Assembly: GCA_003990765.1 (NCBI GenBank)
Contig: RBNJ01000071.1
Span: 1-44,220 of the forward strand
DNA: 44,220 bases
Direction of reading: 5' to 3'
Source of the DNA: Jimgerdemannia flammicorona
Taxonomy: Eukaryota
The notes under the pieces are model-generated. The model was not told where the DNA came from. It did not search any database and worked only from the letters and a program-made list of their open reading frames with translations. Positions within the stretch are counted from its first letter, which is position 1; every line of letters begins with the position of its first letter. Positions 23,505-35,459 of the stretch are shown here, in pieces. A program made the position numbers and the translations under genes.

Positions 23505-24795
23505 TATCTGAGCCCCATGGGCAACATAGGCAACATGGGCAAGACAGACAAGATAGGCAAGATGACAAGATGAGCAATATGGGCAAGATGGGCAGATGGC
23601 AAGACAGGCGACATGAGCAAAACAGACAACACAGGCAACATGGGCAACATGGGCAATACAGGCAACATGGGCAACATGGACAACATGGGCAATATGGGCA
23701 ACACAGGCAACATGGGCAATATGGGCAACATGGGTAGGCAAGATGGGCAAGACAGACAAGATGGACAAGATGGCAAGATGACAAGACAGGTGATATGGGC
23801 AAGATGGGCAAGACAGGCAAGACACAAGATGGGCAAGATGGGCAAGATGGGCAAGATGGCAAGATGGCAAGATGAGTGACATGGGCAAGATGGGCAGATG
23901 GCAAGACAGGCAATATGAGCAAGATGGGCAAAATAGGCAAAACAGGCAAAATGGGCAAAAACGAGCAAAACAGGCAAACCAGGCAAAATGGATAACACAG
24001 GCAACACAGGCAACATAGACAATACGGGCAACACAGGCAGGCAATATGGGCAACATGGGCAGACAATATGGGTAATATGAGCAATACAGACAATACAGGT
24101 AATATAGGCAAGACAGGCAAGATAGACAAGACAGGCAAGATAGCAAGATGGGTGACATGGGCAAGACAGGCAGATGGCAAGATAGGCAATATGGGCAAGA
24201 CAGGCAAAACAGGCAAAATGGGCAACATAAGCAACATGGACAACATGGGCAATATGGGTAATATGGGCAATATGGGTAAGATGGGCAAGATGGACAATAT
24301 GGGCAATACAGGCAATATAGGTGGACAATATGGGCAACATGGGAAATATGGGCAATACAGGCAGACAAGATGGGCAAGATGGGCAAGACAGACAAGATGG
24401 GCAAGATAGCAAGATAGCAATATAGGCAATATGGACTGGCAAGATGGGCTAGATGGGCAAGACAGGAGGCACTAATAGAGGTAGGTCAGGTGTACTAGAT
24501 GCCAAGTACTTGAGGTGGTTGGGGCTCACAACCTATACTCACTGAGTGGGGTAGGCTGGGTAGGAGGATCTAGTTACTTAGGTAGTGAGGTTGCAACTTA
24601 CACCCTAAAGGTGCAAGGCTGGGAGTGAGATTGCAACTTATACCCTAAAGGTGCAAGGCTGGGAGTAGGTTGAGATTGGGGTAGAATTGGACTACTGATG
24701 TTGTATAAGGATATGTGGCATATTATAGATAGTTAATAAATGAGAAAAACTAAAAAAAATAAAATAAAATAAAAAATAAAAAAATAAATAAATAA
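23505..24795 (+). mobile_element. Putative non-autonomous retroposed insertion containing a VNTR
   Basis: Flanked by an exact 17-bp direct repeat ATCAAAAGTGAGATACA (23488-23504, 24796-24812). Ends in AATAAA (24735) plus a ~50-nt A-rich tail directly before the second copy. Confidence 0.6.
23517..24465. repeat. 9-bp minisatellite (ATGGGCAAN / ACAGGCAAN), roughly 100 degenerate units
   Basis: Directly visible. It generates spurious low-complexity ORFs in most frames. Confidence 0.95.
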
Positions 24796-25260
24796 ATCAA
24801 AAGTGAGATACACTATGTAGTAGTTTTTTTTATAGTTATCATTTTTTTCATTACTATTAGTATATAGTTTATATAGCTCAATATGCTACTTAACAACTAT
24901 CAGATAATTATTGTCTAATATTTAAGATAAAGATAGTAGGATATTCTTGTAAATATTGCAGGTATTTGATTATATGTAAGAGTCATGTGATCTTGGAAAT
25001 TCAGGCAAGGTATAGCATTTGGTTATTAAAAGTATATATATGAAGAATGTATGATATTACCCAATTTTGTATTTCTGATGGATGTAGAATGGCCTAACAG
25101 ATATAGAATAGTCTCTAGCTTATTTATCCAGATTTAGATATAGAAGAGATGATTATCTGATTATTAGTTTTGGGTCTTTATAAATCAGATATGGTGTTAT
25201 CAAGAGTCTGGATACTAATTTCTAAATTTCTAAAAGTAGCATAGTTCTTTATGCAGGTAA

Positions 25261-26720
25261 TGTAATTAGATGAAGTGATTTCCTTCTATCTGCTATAGGA
25301 AAATGCATAGATATATAGGAATTACTATTAAACTAAATTTTCAGCCTAATAGCCTGTTGGGTATATATATACTGAGTACTTAGATATATTGAAATAGAGA
25401 ACTACAACAAACCAAACAAATAACTACAACTCTTAAATATACACACAAATATGATCACTGAAATCTACAACCACATCTATACTGATATTTGAAATACCAT
25501 TATCAATCAAGCCACACCTCCTCTACTCCTCATGAATATCTATAGCCTGATACCTCTCTACTTCATAGAAGCCTGATAGAATGCCCTGAACATACTTAGT
25601 GAAGTCTACCAAATTGGACAAATCTCAAGCTACTACTATGATATAGATATTACTCAGATATCTCAATACTAGAAACTTATCGCCTATAAATACTAAGAAC
25701 TCTTTTATAAGTATAGTATCTTAATTCTCTGCCTCCAAGTTACTACTGCTGAAATGGTTGCTACTCTGTCTTATGGCCAAATCAACAACATGATATAAGA
25801 ACTCAACCACAAGTATATCAAGTACATTCAAACCACAGACAGAACCTTCCTGTACCCTGATGATCATATTCTACAAATGTCCCAAGTTGAATATACTATG
25901 AAGGATATCTACAATATAATCTAGTTCAATAATGATAAAGCAGAAGATAACAATCTCTCTGATGCTGATATGACCTCTAGTCAAGGATCCTTGCCAGCTC
26001 TGATCACTCTGTCAACCTTGCTGATAAACTTATAATAGTTTACAACTATCAATGAGATCTATTGAGATAATAATCACTAGCATAAGTATCAACCTGTATT
26101 CACATCTGACTACTTTAACTACAATGAAGAGACCAGAGAATACAACCTATATCTCTAGACAACTCTTGAGATTGAACCAATAACCCCACCTTCTGAGTAT
26201 AAACAAAATGAGTCACAGCTGCCAGAATACTACAACTCTGCAACCTATAGTACTATTATCTATAGAAGATATATACAGTGAATCTGATGAAAGCAAAGAT
26301 GACACACTCCTTCTCCACTCACTGACACCTTACTCAGTATATAAAATAGATAATACTATTCTGTGGGATGGTGCCTCTCTCAGACCTTAGAAACTCAGAT
26401 ATACAGACTTGAACAGACTTGAACAGATGAGAATAACTCCTGAACACTTCCCTATAATGTCTCTTCACATACTACTCCTAGTATAGCAATATTATGAATA
26501 GCAAATAAATCTATTTAATAATTCACAAACCACTTTTAAGTAAATCTACTCCCTGTTAGGTCCCACTCCTAACTATATTATAAAATTTCCTAATTGGATA
26601 TTGTCTGCAGAAATATGCCAATTCAACTAAGCTGGTCTTAGTTTCTTGAACTTTCTGAAATATAGAAACTCCTGAATATCCAGAATTAGTCCAAAAAAGG
26701 ACTTTGGTTGAGACATCACA
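25261..26720 (+). mobile_element. LTR-like unit (TGTAAT...TCACA) containing a decayed ORF from 25451
   Basis: TATA-leader-ATG segment is homologous to the minus-strand element at 1-100. The frame from ATG 25451 stays protein-like for about 200 codons or more, with only C>T/G>A-type stops. AATAAA at ~26504. Termini are tentative and no TSD was found. Confidence 0.45.
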
Positions 26721-26849
26721 TAGATAGGCAGAAGGGTAATAATAGTAGACTAGTAGAGTACTAGGCTAGAGGTGGTCATTGGGGGTTAGTGTAGGTATTA
26801 TCTTGGTGGGACCTTTTAATTGGCTAGCAAGGAGTGAGATAGTGTAGGA

Positions 26850-27408
26850 ATCAGTGTCCTGACTATACTCAACTAGAACTGAGAGCTGACATAGTAATGC
26901 AATTGAGGCCTGCAGACTTGGGGAGTAGGTTCTCTCTTATTTAGTAGTATCTGACTAGAACTGGGAGCTGATATGGCAATGTGATCAAGGCCTATAGGCT
27001 TAGAGAGTAGGAGTGGGGTCTTTTCAGACCTTAGCCCATATATCAGTTCTTTTGAGAGGGTCTTACATATAAGTTCTTTACTTACCTACTTTGAATCTAT
27101 TCTGTCTTCTGTTGACTAGTTGGGGGGGTTTTCTTTGTCTCAGACCTTTGTTTGGGGTTCAGGGGGCTATTCCTTATTTAGTCCCAGTATTACCAGATCT
27201 GATATATAGATGTGCTCTTATATATAGTCACAATAATCTAGCTCTAATAAATAGACAAGTCTGGTCTTTATAGTGAAAGTCAGTATATTTAATATATATA
27301 GCTAGAATAATAGAACTACAGGACAATTCAGTAGTCTAGATTAATGAGGGAATAATGTCTGGTAGGTAGTAGAGAAGGGTTTTAGCCTATATAGTCTAAG
27401 TTCTCTTC

Positions 27409-27439
<31 letters not shown>
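26850..27439. repeat. Dispersed repeat, copy 1, abutting a poly(A) run
   Basis: Similar to 32390-32895 (aactgggagctgata...aggcct...; gaagggtttt.gcctatatagtcta...ttctctt then A-run). Contains an internal ~82-bp tandem duplication at ~26872-27011. Confidence 0.7.
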
Positions 27440-27442
<3 letters not shown>

Positions 27443-27449
27443 ATACATA

Positions 27450-28410
27450 ACTGAACATCAATATCATATAGAAGTAAAATACCATATCAATAAATAAACA
27501 AATGTGATCCTCTTCCCCAAGTTATTAAGTTTGTAGAGCACCAAACAGTACTTGAGGATAAGCTTAATTATATTACAATCAGTAAGTTCATAAATATCTC
27601 AAGCTTACTAATAACTGAGAAATACTGATACTTAAGTACTAGTATCCCTAAAGGTATACTCCATATTAATAAAGTTTCAAAATTGTTTGGACTACATGAT
27701 CTCAAACTTACTACTCAGATATTTTTCCATAATCTTTAGTTTATATTTAAAAATAGATATCATCATCAAGTAAATAGAAAGAATCTTTCTAAATTTTCAA
27801 ATCTAATAGTAAGTTATTTATGCTAAGTCAGTCTGTGAACTTTTTTTGTAATATTTCTAATATCTTTCCTTGATCTCTATAGATTAATATATTTACCTCT
27901 TTATTAATTAGAGTTCATAACCTATTTGCAGATATAAAATTAGGTTTGACTATATTTTACTAACTCATTTACTATAAACAACAGTTCTACTAGAGTCTAT
28001 AATATGACTGAGTAGTATTGTATAATCTTACAGATAAGTAGTTTGAGATAAAACAAGATATAGACAAATATCTTTTTGCCCAAGTTTATCTTCTCTTCAA
28101 AATTGAGCAAGATTGCTAAGTTTATTAACTTGTATACTTAGAGTAATATAATATAATAGATATTGAGGATCCTAGTGCTAAAAATATAGTCTCTTGTAAT
28201 TATGAGACAGAAATAGCTGTCACTCTGTAGACTGAGCAGTTCAATATTATATCTATGGATATAATTATTCATATAGTATATATGCAACTCTTGTTTAAAA
28301 AATATGATTCAATAAGAAAGAACTTAGTAAGTAGATTGCATATATATTCTTTTCATTTATATTTAGTAAATAAGTATATAGATTGCATATTATAGAAGAA
28401 ACTCTTTTAA
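27450..28410 (+). mobile_element. Possible Plavaka/CACTA-like transposase C-terminal relic
   Basis: Peptide remnants YLFAQVYLLFKI, FNIISMDIIIHIVYMQ and YLVNKYID resemble, from recollection, the C-terminus of fungal Plavaka transposases. Heavily mutated. Confidence 0.35.
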
Positions 28411-28644
28411 ATATATATTTTATTTGTAAACATATAGTTGAACTAAATAGCCAAGTATATAGACTGAAAATATAGTTATATGAACTTAGTATTACTTGCA
28501 ATTGTAACTGATTTTTATTTAAGGAGTATGCAGTAGCATTAGAAGTATATGTTCAATAATGAATTATATATAATACAAGAGTCTATGGATTATTAAAACT
28601 AAATCTTTATTGATATAAATTGAGATTTTTGTATAGCTGGCTAC

Positions 28645-29067
28645 TAGTGCTCCCAACGAATCGAATTGAATCAAATTTGGCCCAAACTCGATTTGATTCG
28701 ATTGAATCAAGGGTCCAATTCAATTCGATTCGAATCAAATCAAAGGTCCAATTCAATTCAAAGTTCAATTCAAATCTTAATTTTCAAAATGTAATAACTC
28801 AACGAAAACTCATCTAATTTAACGTATTTTAGCTTATTAGATTCACCATATTAATGTGATTCTAACAAGTGAAAGTATATTAGATTTAGATAAGTTTATG
28901 CTGAGTTATTACATTTTGAAAATTAGGGTTTAAATTAGACCCTCAATTCAATTCGACTTTTGATTCAATTCAAATTGATTCAAATTGAAAAATCCCCAAT
29001 TTGATTCGACTCATTTAACCCTCAATTCGATTCGATTCAAATTAATTCAACTCATTTGGGAGCACTA
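28645..29067. mobile_element. hAT-type MITE with foldback structure, inserted in the Gypsy pol
   Basis: TIRs TAGTGCTCCCAA / TTGGGAGCACTA. 8-bp TSD CTGGCTAC / CTGACTAC. Subterminal TTCGA/TTCAA 5-mers. Internal inverted repeat TTTTCAAAATGTAATAACTCA / TGAGTTATTACATTTTGAAAA. Confidence 0.92.
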
Positions 29068-31402
29068 CTGACTACTACTATCACTTTGTTAAGAATTTTT
29101 CTAGCATTACTGAGCCACTGACTAACCTCATAAGAAAGGCCCAACTCTGATAACTATATACTTTATACCTTTGACCTCTTTTGTCAATAAGTTTTTCAAG
29201 AACTCAAAAACTATCTAACCTATGCTCTAGTCTTATATAATGTAGATCTAAGTCTGAAATTCACTATTATTACTAATGTATCAAATTTACCATTAGAGCA
29301 GTCTTGTCACATAATGGTAAAGGACATCACCTTATCATCTTGAGTTTTACAAGTTGTCTTTAGCTGAACAAAAGCTAGCTACCCACAAAAAGGAGTTATT
29401 GATAATAATATATATACTAGACTACTGGCAATACTATCTAAAAGATATTGAGTTTGATATCATTACTGACTATCAATTACTTAAGTATATTAACATCCAA
29501 CTAACTCTATCATATCTATAAGCTAAGTAGAGCCTAAAGCTTCAAACTTTCAATCTAACAATTATCTACAAGTCTGGCAAAATACTTATAGTATCAGATA
29601 TCTTATTCAGATATCTAGATCTTACCATAATCATATAAGCCACCCTGATATCAGAATTTCTAGACCAAATCAGACAAGCTTATAAAGAAGATACTATCAC
29701 TACTAGAGTTTTCTTGAATGAGCTCAAGGATATATATACCATCAAGGATAATCTGATCTACTATCAAGACAAAGTCTATATACCTAATAATATAAATCTA
29801 TACTATAAGATACTATAAGAACACTATAACTCTCCACTTACTAGTTATCTTAGAATTGAGAAAACTATTAAGAATATTCAACATCACTACTATTGACCAA
29901 ATATAATTAAGAAAATAAAGAACCATATTGCTAGCTATGATCTCTATCAGCAAAATAAGCCTACTAACTAAGTACTAGCTAATTTACTATAATCACTACT
30001 AATCTCAATTAAGAAATTTGAATAAGTTACAATAGACTTTATAACTCAACTACTACAAACTCAATCTGATACTGATACTATTATTATATTTGTTGACCAC
30101 CTAATCAAGACTATAGTTACCAAACTCACTACTACTAATATTACTATATCTGAGATTATAAGAATCTTCTTCTAGTCTATCTTTTATCACTATGGTCTAC
30201 TATAAGTAATTGTCAGTAACTACAACCCCAAGTTCACCAATTACTTCTGGTAAACTCTCTTTAAGACTCTAGGAATCCAATTGGCTATATCTACTATCTT
30301 CTACCTATCAACTGATAGACAAACTAAATATATAAATAGAACCTTAGAGCAAATGCTCAGAAACCATATCTTTTATAAGTAAGATGATTGGAACTACTAT
30401 CTAACTTATACAGAATTTACATATAATAATATTATTAATCATTTACTAGTCTTTTTCTCTTTCAGCTACTCTATGGTCAAGATTCTGAAACCTCTGCAAA
30501 TCTAGTCTCTTTTAAGAAAAATAGTCAAATATAAGTCTCTAATATCAAGAACCTCATGGATAAGATAGATGAACTACTCAAGATTACTACTGTGAACCTT
30601 CAGAAAGCCCAACAATACTAAGCCAAATATATTAATAAGAAGCACTGTAATATCATATATACTATTAGAGACTAAGTTCTACTGTCTACTGAGAACCTCA
30701 AGATATAATCTCAAGTCAACTATCCATTAAACAAATTTCAACTCAAATATATTAGAATTTTTAAGATTACTAAATAAGTCTCAGTATCCTTCTATCATCT
30801 TAAGTTATCTAAGGCTATAAAGATATACTCAGTCTTTTATATATTATATCTCAAAATCTGAAACCAGTCACCACTCTGGTCAAATTTCCAAGCCATCTAT
30901 TTCTATGATTATTAAAAACTATATTAACTACAAAGTTGAAAAAATCCTTAACAAATAAATCTGCTACTATTATCCTGAATATCTGATCAAGTAGATGGAC
31001 TACTCTGAATATGATGCTATCTAAAAATTACTAGTTAACCTTAAGAACTCTCAAGACTTAGTCTAAGACTTTGAGATAAAATATATTACCCAATCCCTAT
31101 AGTAACTTTCTTAAATTATCAAGAATCTATAGTAATAATCAGTACTTTATATATTGGAAGTTTACTTTAAGACCCCAGAACTAGCAGAATATCTAGTAAA
31201 CAAGAAGTCTACTGAAATGAAGCTATAGCTGGGTTTAAATCTCTTCTAGTTAATTAGTCTAATAATAGGCTCTCTGCTTTATATAAAGATGCCTAGTTCT
31301 TGCTAATATGCTAATATAAGTTTGAGAAATTTTGGTTAAGTATATTTAGTCTTATATAATCTAAGAACTCAATGAGAATATTGATTCTTAAGAAGAGAAA
31401 GA

Positions 31403-31869
31403 TATAATAATTTTATAGTTATATTTTAGTCTTAGTACTTTTTTGTATCTTTGCTCTAGTCTTTTCTTATCTTTTCTTGAATATTCTACTATATTTCAGT
31501 ACCTTTTAAATGTCTAGAAATCTTCTCTTGATATCAAAATATTACTAAAACATTCTTGTCTTTTCTCAGTATCAAGTATCTCATCTTAGTTAGTTATAGA
31601 ACCTTTTGGAGTATTGTAGAATTCTATTAATTATTCTTGCTAAGAATCTATTTCTTGGCTTTTCTCTTCTTTTTTAAGATCCTTCCAGATCTTTCTTTCA
31701 GATCTTGTATAAATATTCTTATTCTCTGCTTAAATAAAGCTTAGAATATTTTCTCTCAGAATTTCTTCAAGAACACTTGAACCTATAAGTATCTCTTCAA
31801 GCTACTTTAGATCTATTAAAACTATCAGATTTAGCTACTTTCTCTTAAAAAAAAACTAGAACTGTTACA
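31403..31869 (+). repeat. Putative 3' LTR of the Gypsy element
   Basis: Follows the PPT. Decayed TGTAAC start and intact GTTACA end. Confidence 0.6.
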
Positions 31870-32389
31870 AGTTGCCCCTTTATCAGTATCAGATCAGTGC
31901 TTTCTCTACTTTTTCACAGTTTCTGATATCTCTGACTACATCTGGAGTATACTTATTTTAGTATGATATCTTCTTCCTTTTGCTATTATTAATAAGAAGT
32001 TATCTTGATATATTATGAGTTATATAGAGAGTTGGCTGATCTTAGGTATTAAGTGCCAGTATAAGTTATCTACAGATCCTCAGTATCTGTAGTAGGGCTC
32101 TCTGAGCTTTGATAAGCTTCCCAGTAAGTATAGTTCTGGTATTAGTGATTGTTTCTCAGATAGAGTTAAGATGAGAGAGAAGATAGCTATTATAGATAGA
32201 TGAAAGGGTAATTATAGTGGACCAGTTGAGTACCAGACTGGTGATGGTCATCAGAGCTGGGACAGATACTGTATTGGTAGAGCCTTCTGATTGATGTGAG
32301 GTAGTTAGATAGTAGGTATTACTCTCAGCTATTTTCAGTATACTATAGTATCACTTGGAAGTTGTTGGGGGGTCTGAGGCTACCTGGGT

Positions 32390-32895
32390 CAGATATCTTG
32401 ACTGCACTCAACTGAAACTGGGAGCTGATATAGCAATACAATTAAGGCCTACAGACTTGAGTAGTAGAGTATTGAAGATCTCCTCTCACCTTATATATAA
32501 GTCCTCTACTTACTTCATCAGAGAGAACCAGATCCTATCCACTATTCTGTATTTCTTGGGGGATTTTTTCTTTACCTATTACTCCATTGAAGGTAGCAGG
32601 GCCTATTCTATTCAGCTTAAGTATAGCCTTGTATATATATTGGGATTTTAGGTGTGCACCTTTGGTTGGTCATTTTCCCCCTGGTGATAAAGAGAGCATG
32701 GTGTATAGAATGAGGTGTGGGCAACAATGTTCTGCTATGTCTGGTATGGTTGAGCTGTTGGACAATAGCTAGCCTAGGTTAATAGAGGTATATTGCTTGG
32801 GGGAGAAGAGGGAAGGGTTTTGGCCTATATAGTCTAGATTCTCTTTCAATAAAAATCTGTAGGACATAGAGTTCATTAAAAAAAAAAAAAAAAAA
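32390..32895. repeat. Dispersed repeat, copy 2, ending near a poly(A) run
   Basis: Homologous to 26850-27439. Confidence 0.7.
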
Positions 32896-33106
32896 CAGTG
32901 ATATATAATCATTTTATAGGTATATGAAGAACAACTCTTGTAATATAAATATGCATGCAGAGAACGTTTTCTAGAGAGTGTAATTAAATGTGGTACAGAT
33001 ACTCGAGCATTTCTGTATAGAATGTGACGTAAGTAAAACAGTTTTTTCGCCACAATCCACAACATATCTTGAACCCGCAACCCTAACAAAGGCGTAATCA
33101 AACAGC

Positions 33107-34362
33107 ATGCAATCCAACAGTAGTTTTAACCTCAAGGACGACATCGCCGCTATATGAACAGACACAACCCACCACAACATAACCATTGTCTGCGCCGATG
33201 GCGTCGAGCTTGGCTGTGCTGGCTGCTAGGTATGTTCAATCATTTCTTGATTGTGTTCGCGGTTTTTGGAGGTCTATCTCAAATCCATTAATGACATATG
33301 GTCCCAAAGGTGTCCGTTTTCAAGGAAATGCCTTACGAAAACATGCAAGAGAGTATTTCCCAGCGAGTTGTCCTCCTGACATCAACTCTGCAGTGTTCAC
33401 CTTCGTCCTCGGCTTCATCTACTGCGCAGCGAGCTTCCTTCTCTTCCTGAAGCTCACGGAAATGGTCCTGGAGCACACCCGACTTTGGCGTCTCCTCATC
33501 TCTCTCAACCAGGCCGCCTCTATCCCATTGGATGATGCCAGCAATGACCTCTATGCTATGCTCCTCAAGCCCTTCTATGCTCGCAAGCTCGCCACAGGGG
33601 AGTTGACCGATCGAGTCGCTCTTCACTGCACCCTATGCGACTACCTTTGTTACTTCAGAATATGACCTGCTGCTATGGGTCTGGGCACATGCCGAAGAGT
33701 TGGGACCAGATATTTCGGAGCGCCGTGATGTCTTGCGTGAAGTCGCCAGTATGGTTCCGACATGCAAGGGTAAAATTTGGCTGGGAAATACTTCATTGCT
33801 ACTGAACAAGATGAAATATGTGTATTTCACCCTGGTGTGTGCATGTCGCCTGAAGCTCCTCACGGAGGCAGTCGATGGGTTTACAAAGACGTCTCCGCAC
33901 TACATGATCTTCTATTACCCCGCATGCAAGAATACCGTGTGCCCAATGGGTCATCTGTCTGGGTATCGTGGAAGACAAGACCTCCAGTGGGGTCGATTGA
34001 AGGTCGGATCCCGCATTGTCATCTCAGACGAGGTTGTGGAGTTTTCTTTCGGTCCACCAGCACAGGGAAACTTTATTAAAACGGCAAGGATCTCTACTCC
34101 CTTGACGATGGCTCAGGAAGGACTGTGCGAATGGGACATAGTGGTCGAGTCTCTTGGGGATGCCATCAGCGATATCAGGTTGGTGGGCAAGGAGTTTACC
34201 GACTTCTATTGCGACATGTGGTATAGGTCATCGGCGTGGGCATTCCATTGTAATGAGCGACCCGTGATTATGGTGTCATTCTTCAGAGTAACTTTCCATC
34301 TGGATAAATGTAGCCACATTTGCGCTCTTTCCATTAATTATAATAACCATGGGATTGCATGA
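33107..34362 (+). pseudogene. BTB/POZ (probably BTB-BACK-SPRY) protein pseudogene
   Basis: Joined across frameshifts and one intron (gtatgt..caaag at ~33230-33309), it reads MQSNSSFNLKDDIAAI*TDTTHHNITIVCADGVEL..AVLAARCPF.KEMPYENMQESISQRVVL.DINSAVFTFVLGFIY, a BTB pattern. Later EYDLLLWVW is BACK-like and GLCEWDIVVE is SPRY-like. Confidence 0.7.
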
Positions 34363-34879
34363 ACTGACCTTCCAGATAAGGTGTACTCAGCTGTGGCTTT
34401 GTGTACTCAATCCAAATACAAGATACTTAATTTTTGTCTCTTCTCATTGTGATCACGACCTCTCTTCATTTACTTCCTAGCTGATTGACATCACTTTCAT
34501 GTATTTGAGTATATATCTGCTTCTATTTTTCTAAAACAAAAAAGTTTTTGTGCTCTTAAATTACCTGCTCAATTTGATTGTTGGTGATAATATGGAAGAA
34601 TGACTGAATAGTATATAAAGCTCCAGAAAATATCTGATAGTTATTTTAGATATTGTATATTTAATATATATAGTCTGTTTCATAATATATATATGTATCT
34701 ATCTTTTTACCATAATATTATATATATATAATTAAAAATATACCTTAAAAAAAGAGTATTGAATTTCATAAATGTCATATTTAGTGAAATGGGAATCAGG
34801 TCATAAAACAATGGTCGCACGACTGAATGATGACGCGTTAAATGCGGAACGCCTTATATGATCGACACAACACATCGCC

Positions 34880-35428
34880 CGGCGACATAATTACTCTGCG
34901 GTCACTTGGTCAAGCATCCCTGAGTTATAACAAAGGCTACCATATTCACAAGTCGACTTTTGAGAGATACCTGCAGCTATATTCGATCAAACGAGTCCTG
35001 TTGGGTCCGGTGGGCGTGGGCGAGTCGCATCTCGCACTCTTCCTCGCGGCCAAGACGGTTGGCCTGTGCTCTACATATCGCATGCGGCCAATCTGATGAA
35101 AGATACGAGTCCGGGATCAGAAATGAAGCTTATTTCACGGTTTCTGGCGCTTAACAAAGACATTATCACTACCGACGAGCTTAAACTGATGGTGGAGTTC
35201 GCTCATTTCAGTTCCCGACGCCAATGTGATTATACACAAACTGCTGAAGAGAGACGACCACAAAGGTCTCCTGGTCGTCGACAGGCACAACGCTCCGTTC
35301 AGCGTTCAACTTCTGGTACCTGATTGGTTTCCGTTTTTGAGCTCTCTAAAAACCTTACCGAGTGGGGTGAGGTGATGAACGGAAACGTTGTGGTGACTGG
35401 TACCTCGTACGACCAATTTGGGAGGAAG

Positions 35429-35459
<31 letters not shown>

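Larger units (their letters stand above)
28620..31869 (+). mobile_element. Ty3/Gypsy chromovirus relic: end of RT, RNase H, integrase, chromodomain, PPT and 3' LTR
   Basis: Remnants: YYYHFVKNFSSITEPLTNL; ITNVSN (TDAS); ELLIII..WQYYL..ITDYQLLKY; EHYNSPL..YY*P (HHCC region); VTIDFITQL; IVSNYNPKFTNYFW; TDRQTKYINRTLEQMLR; chromodomain YKVEKIL..YLIK*. Purine tract at 31390-31402, then TATAAT(=TGTAAC)...GTTACA at 31403-31869. Confidence 0.92.

Noticed and set aside
23449-24442. Three >300-aa minus-strand ORFs, including a Cys-rich metallothionein-like one
   Set aside because: By-products of a stop-poor 9-bp repeat. All frames are open, and unit variation follows CpG decay rather than codon constraint.
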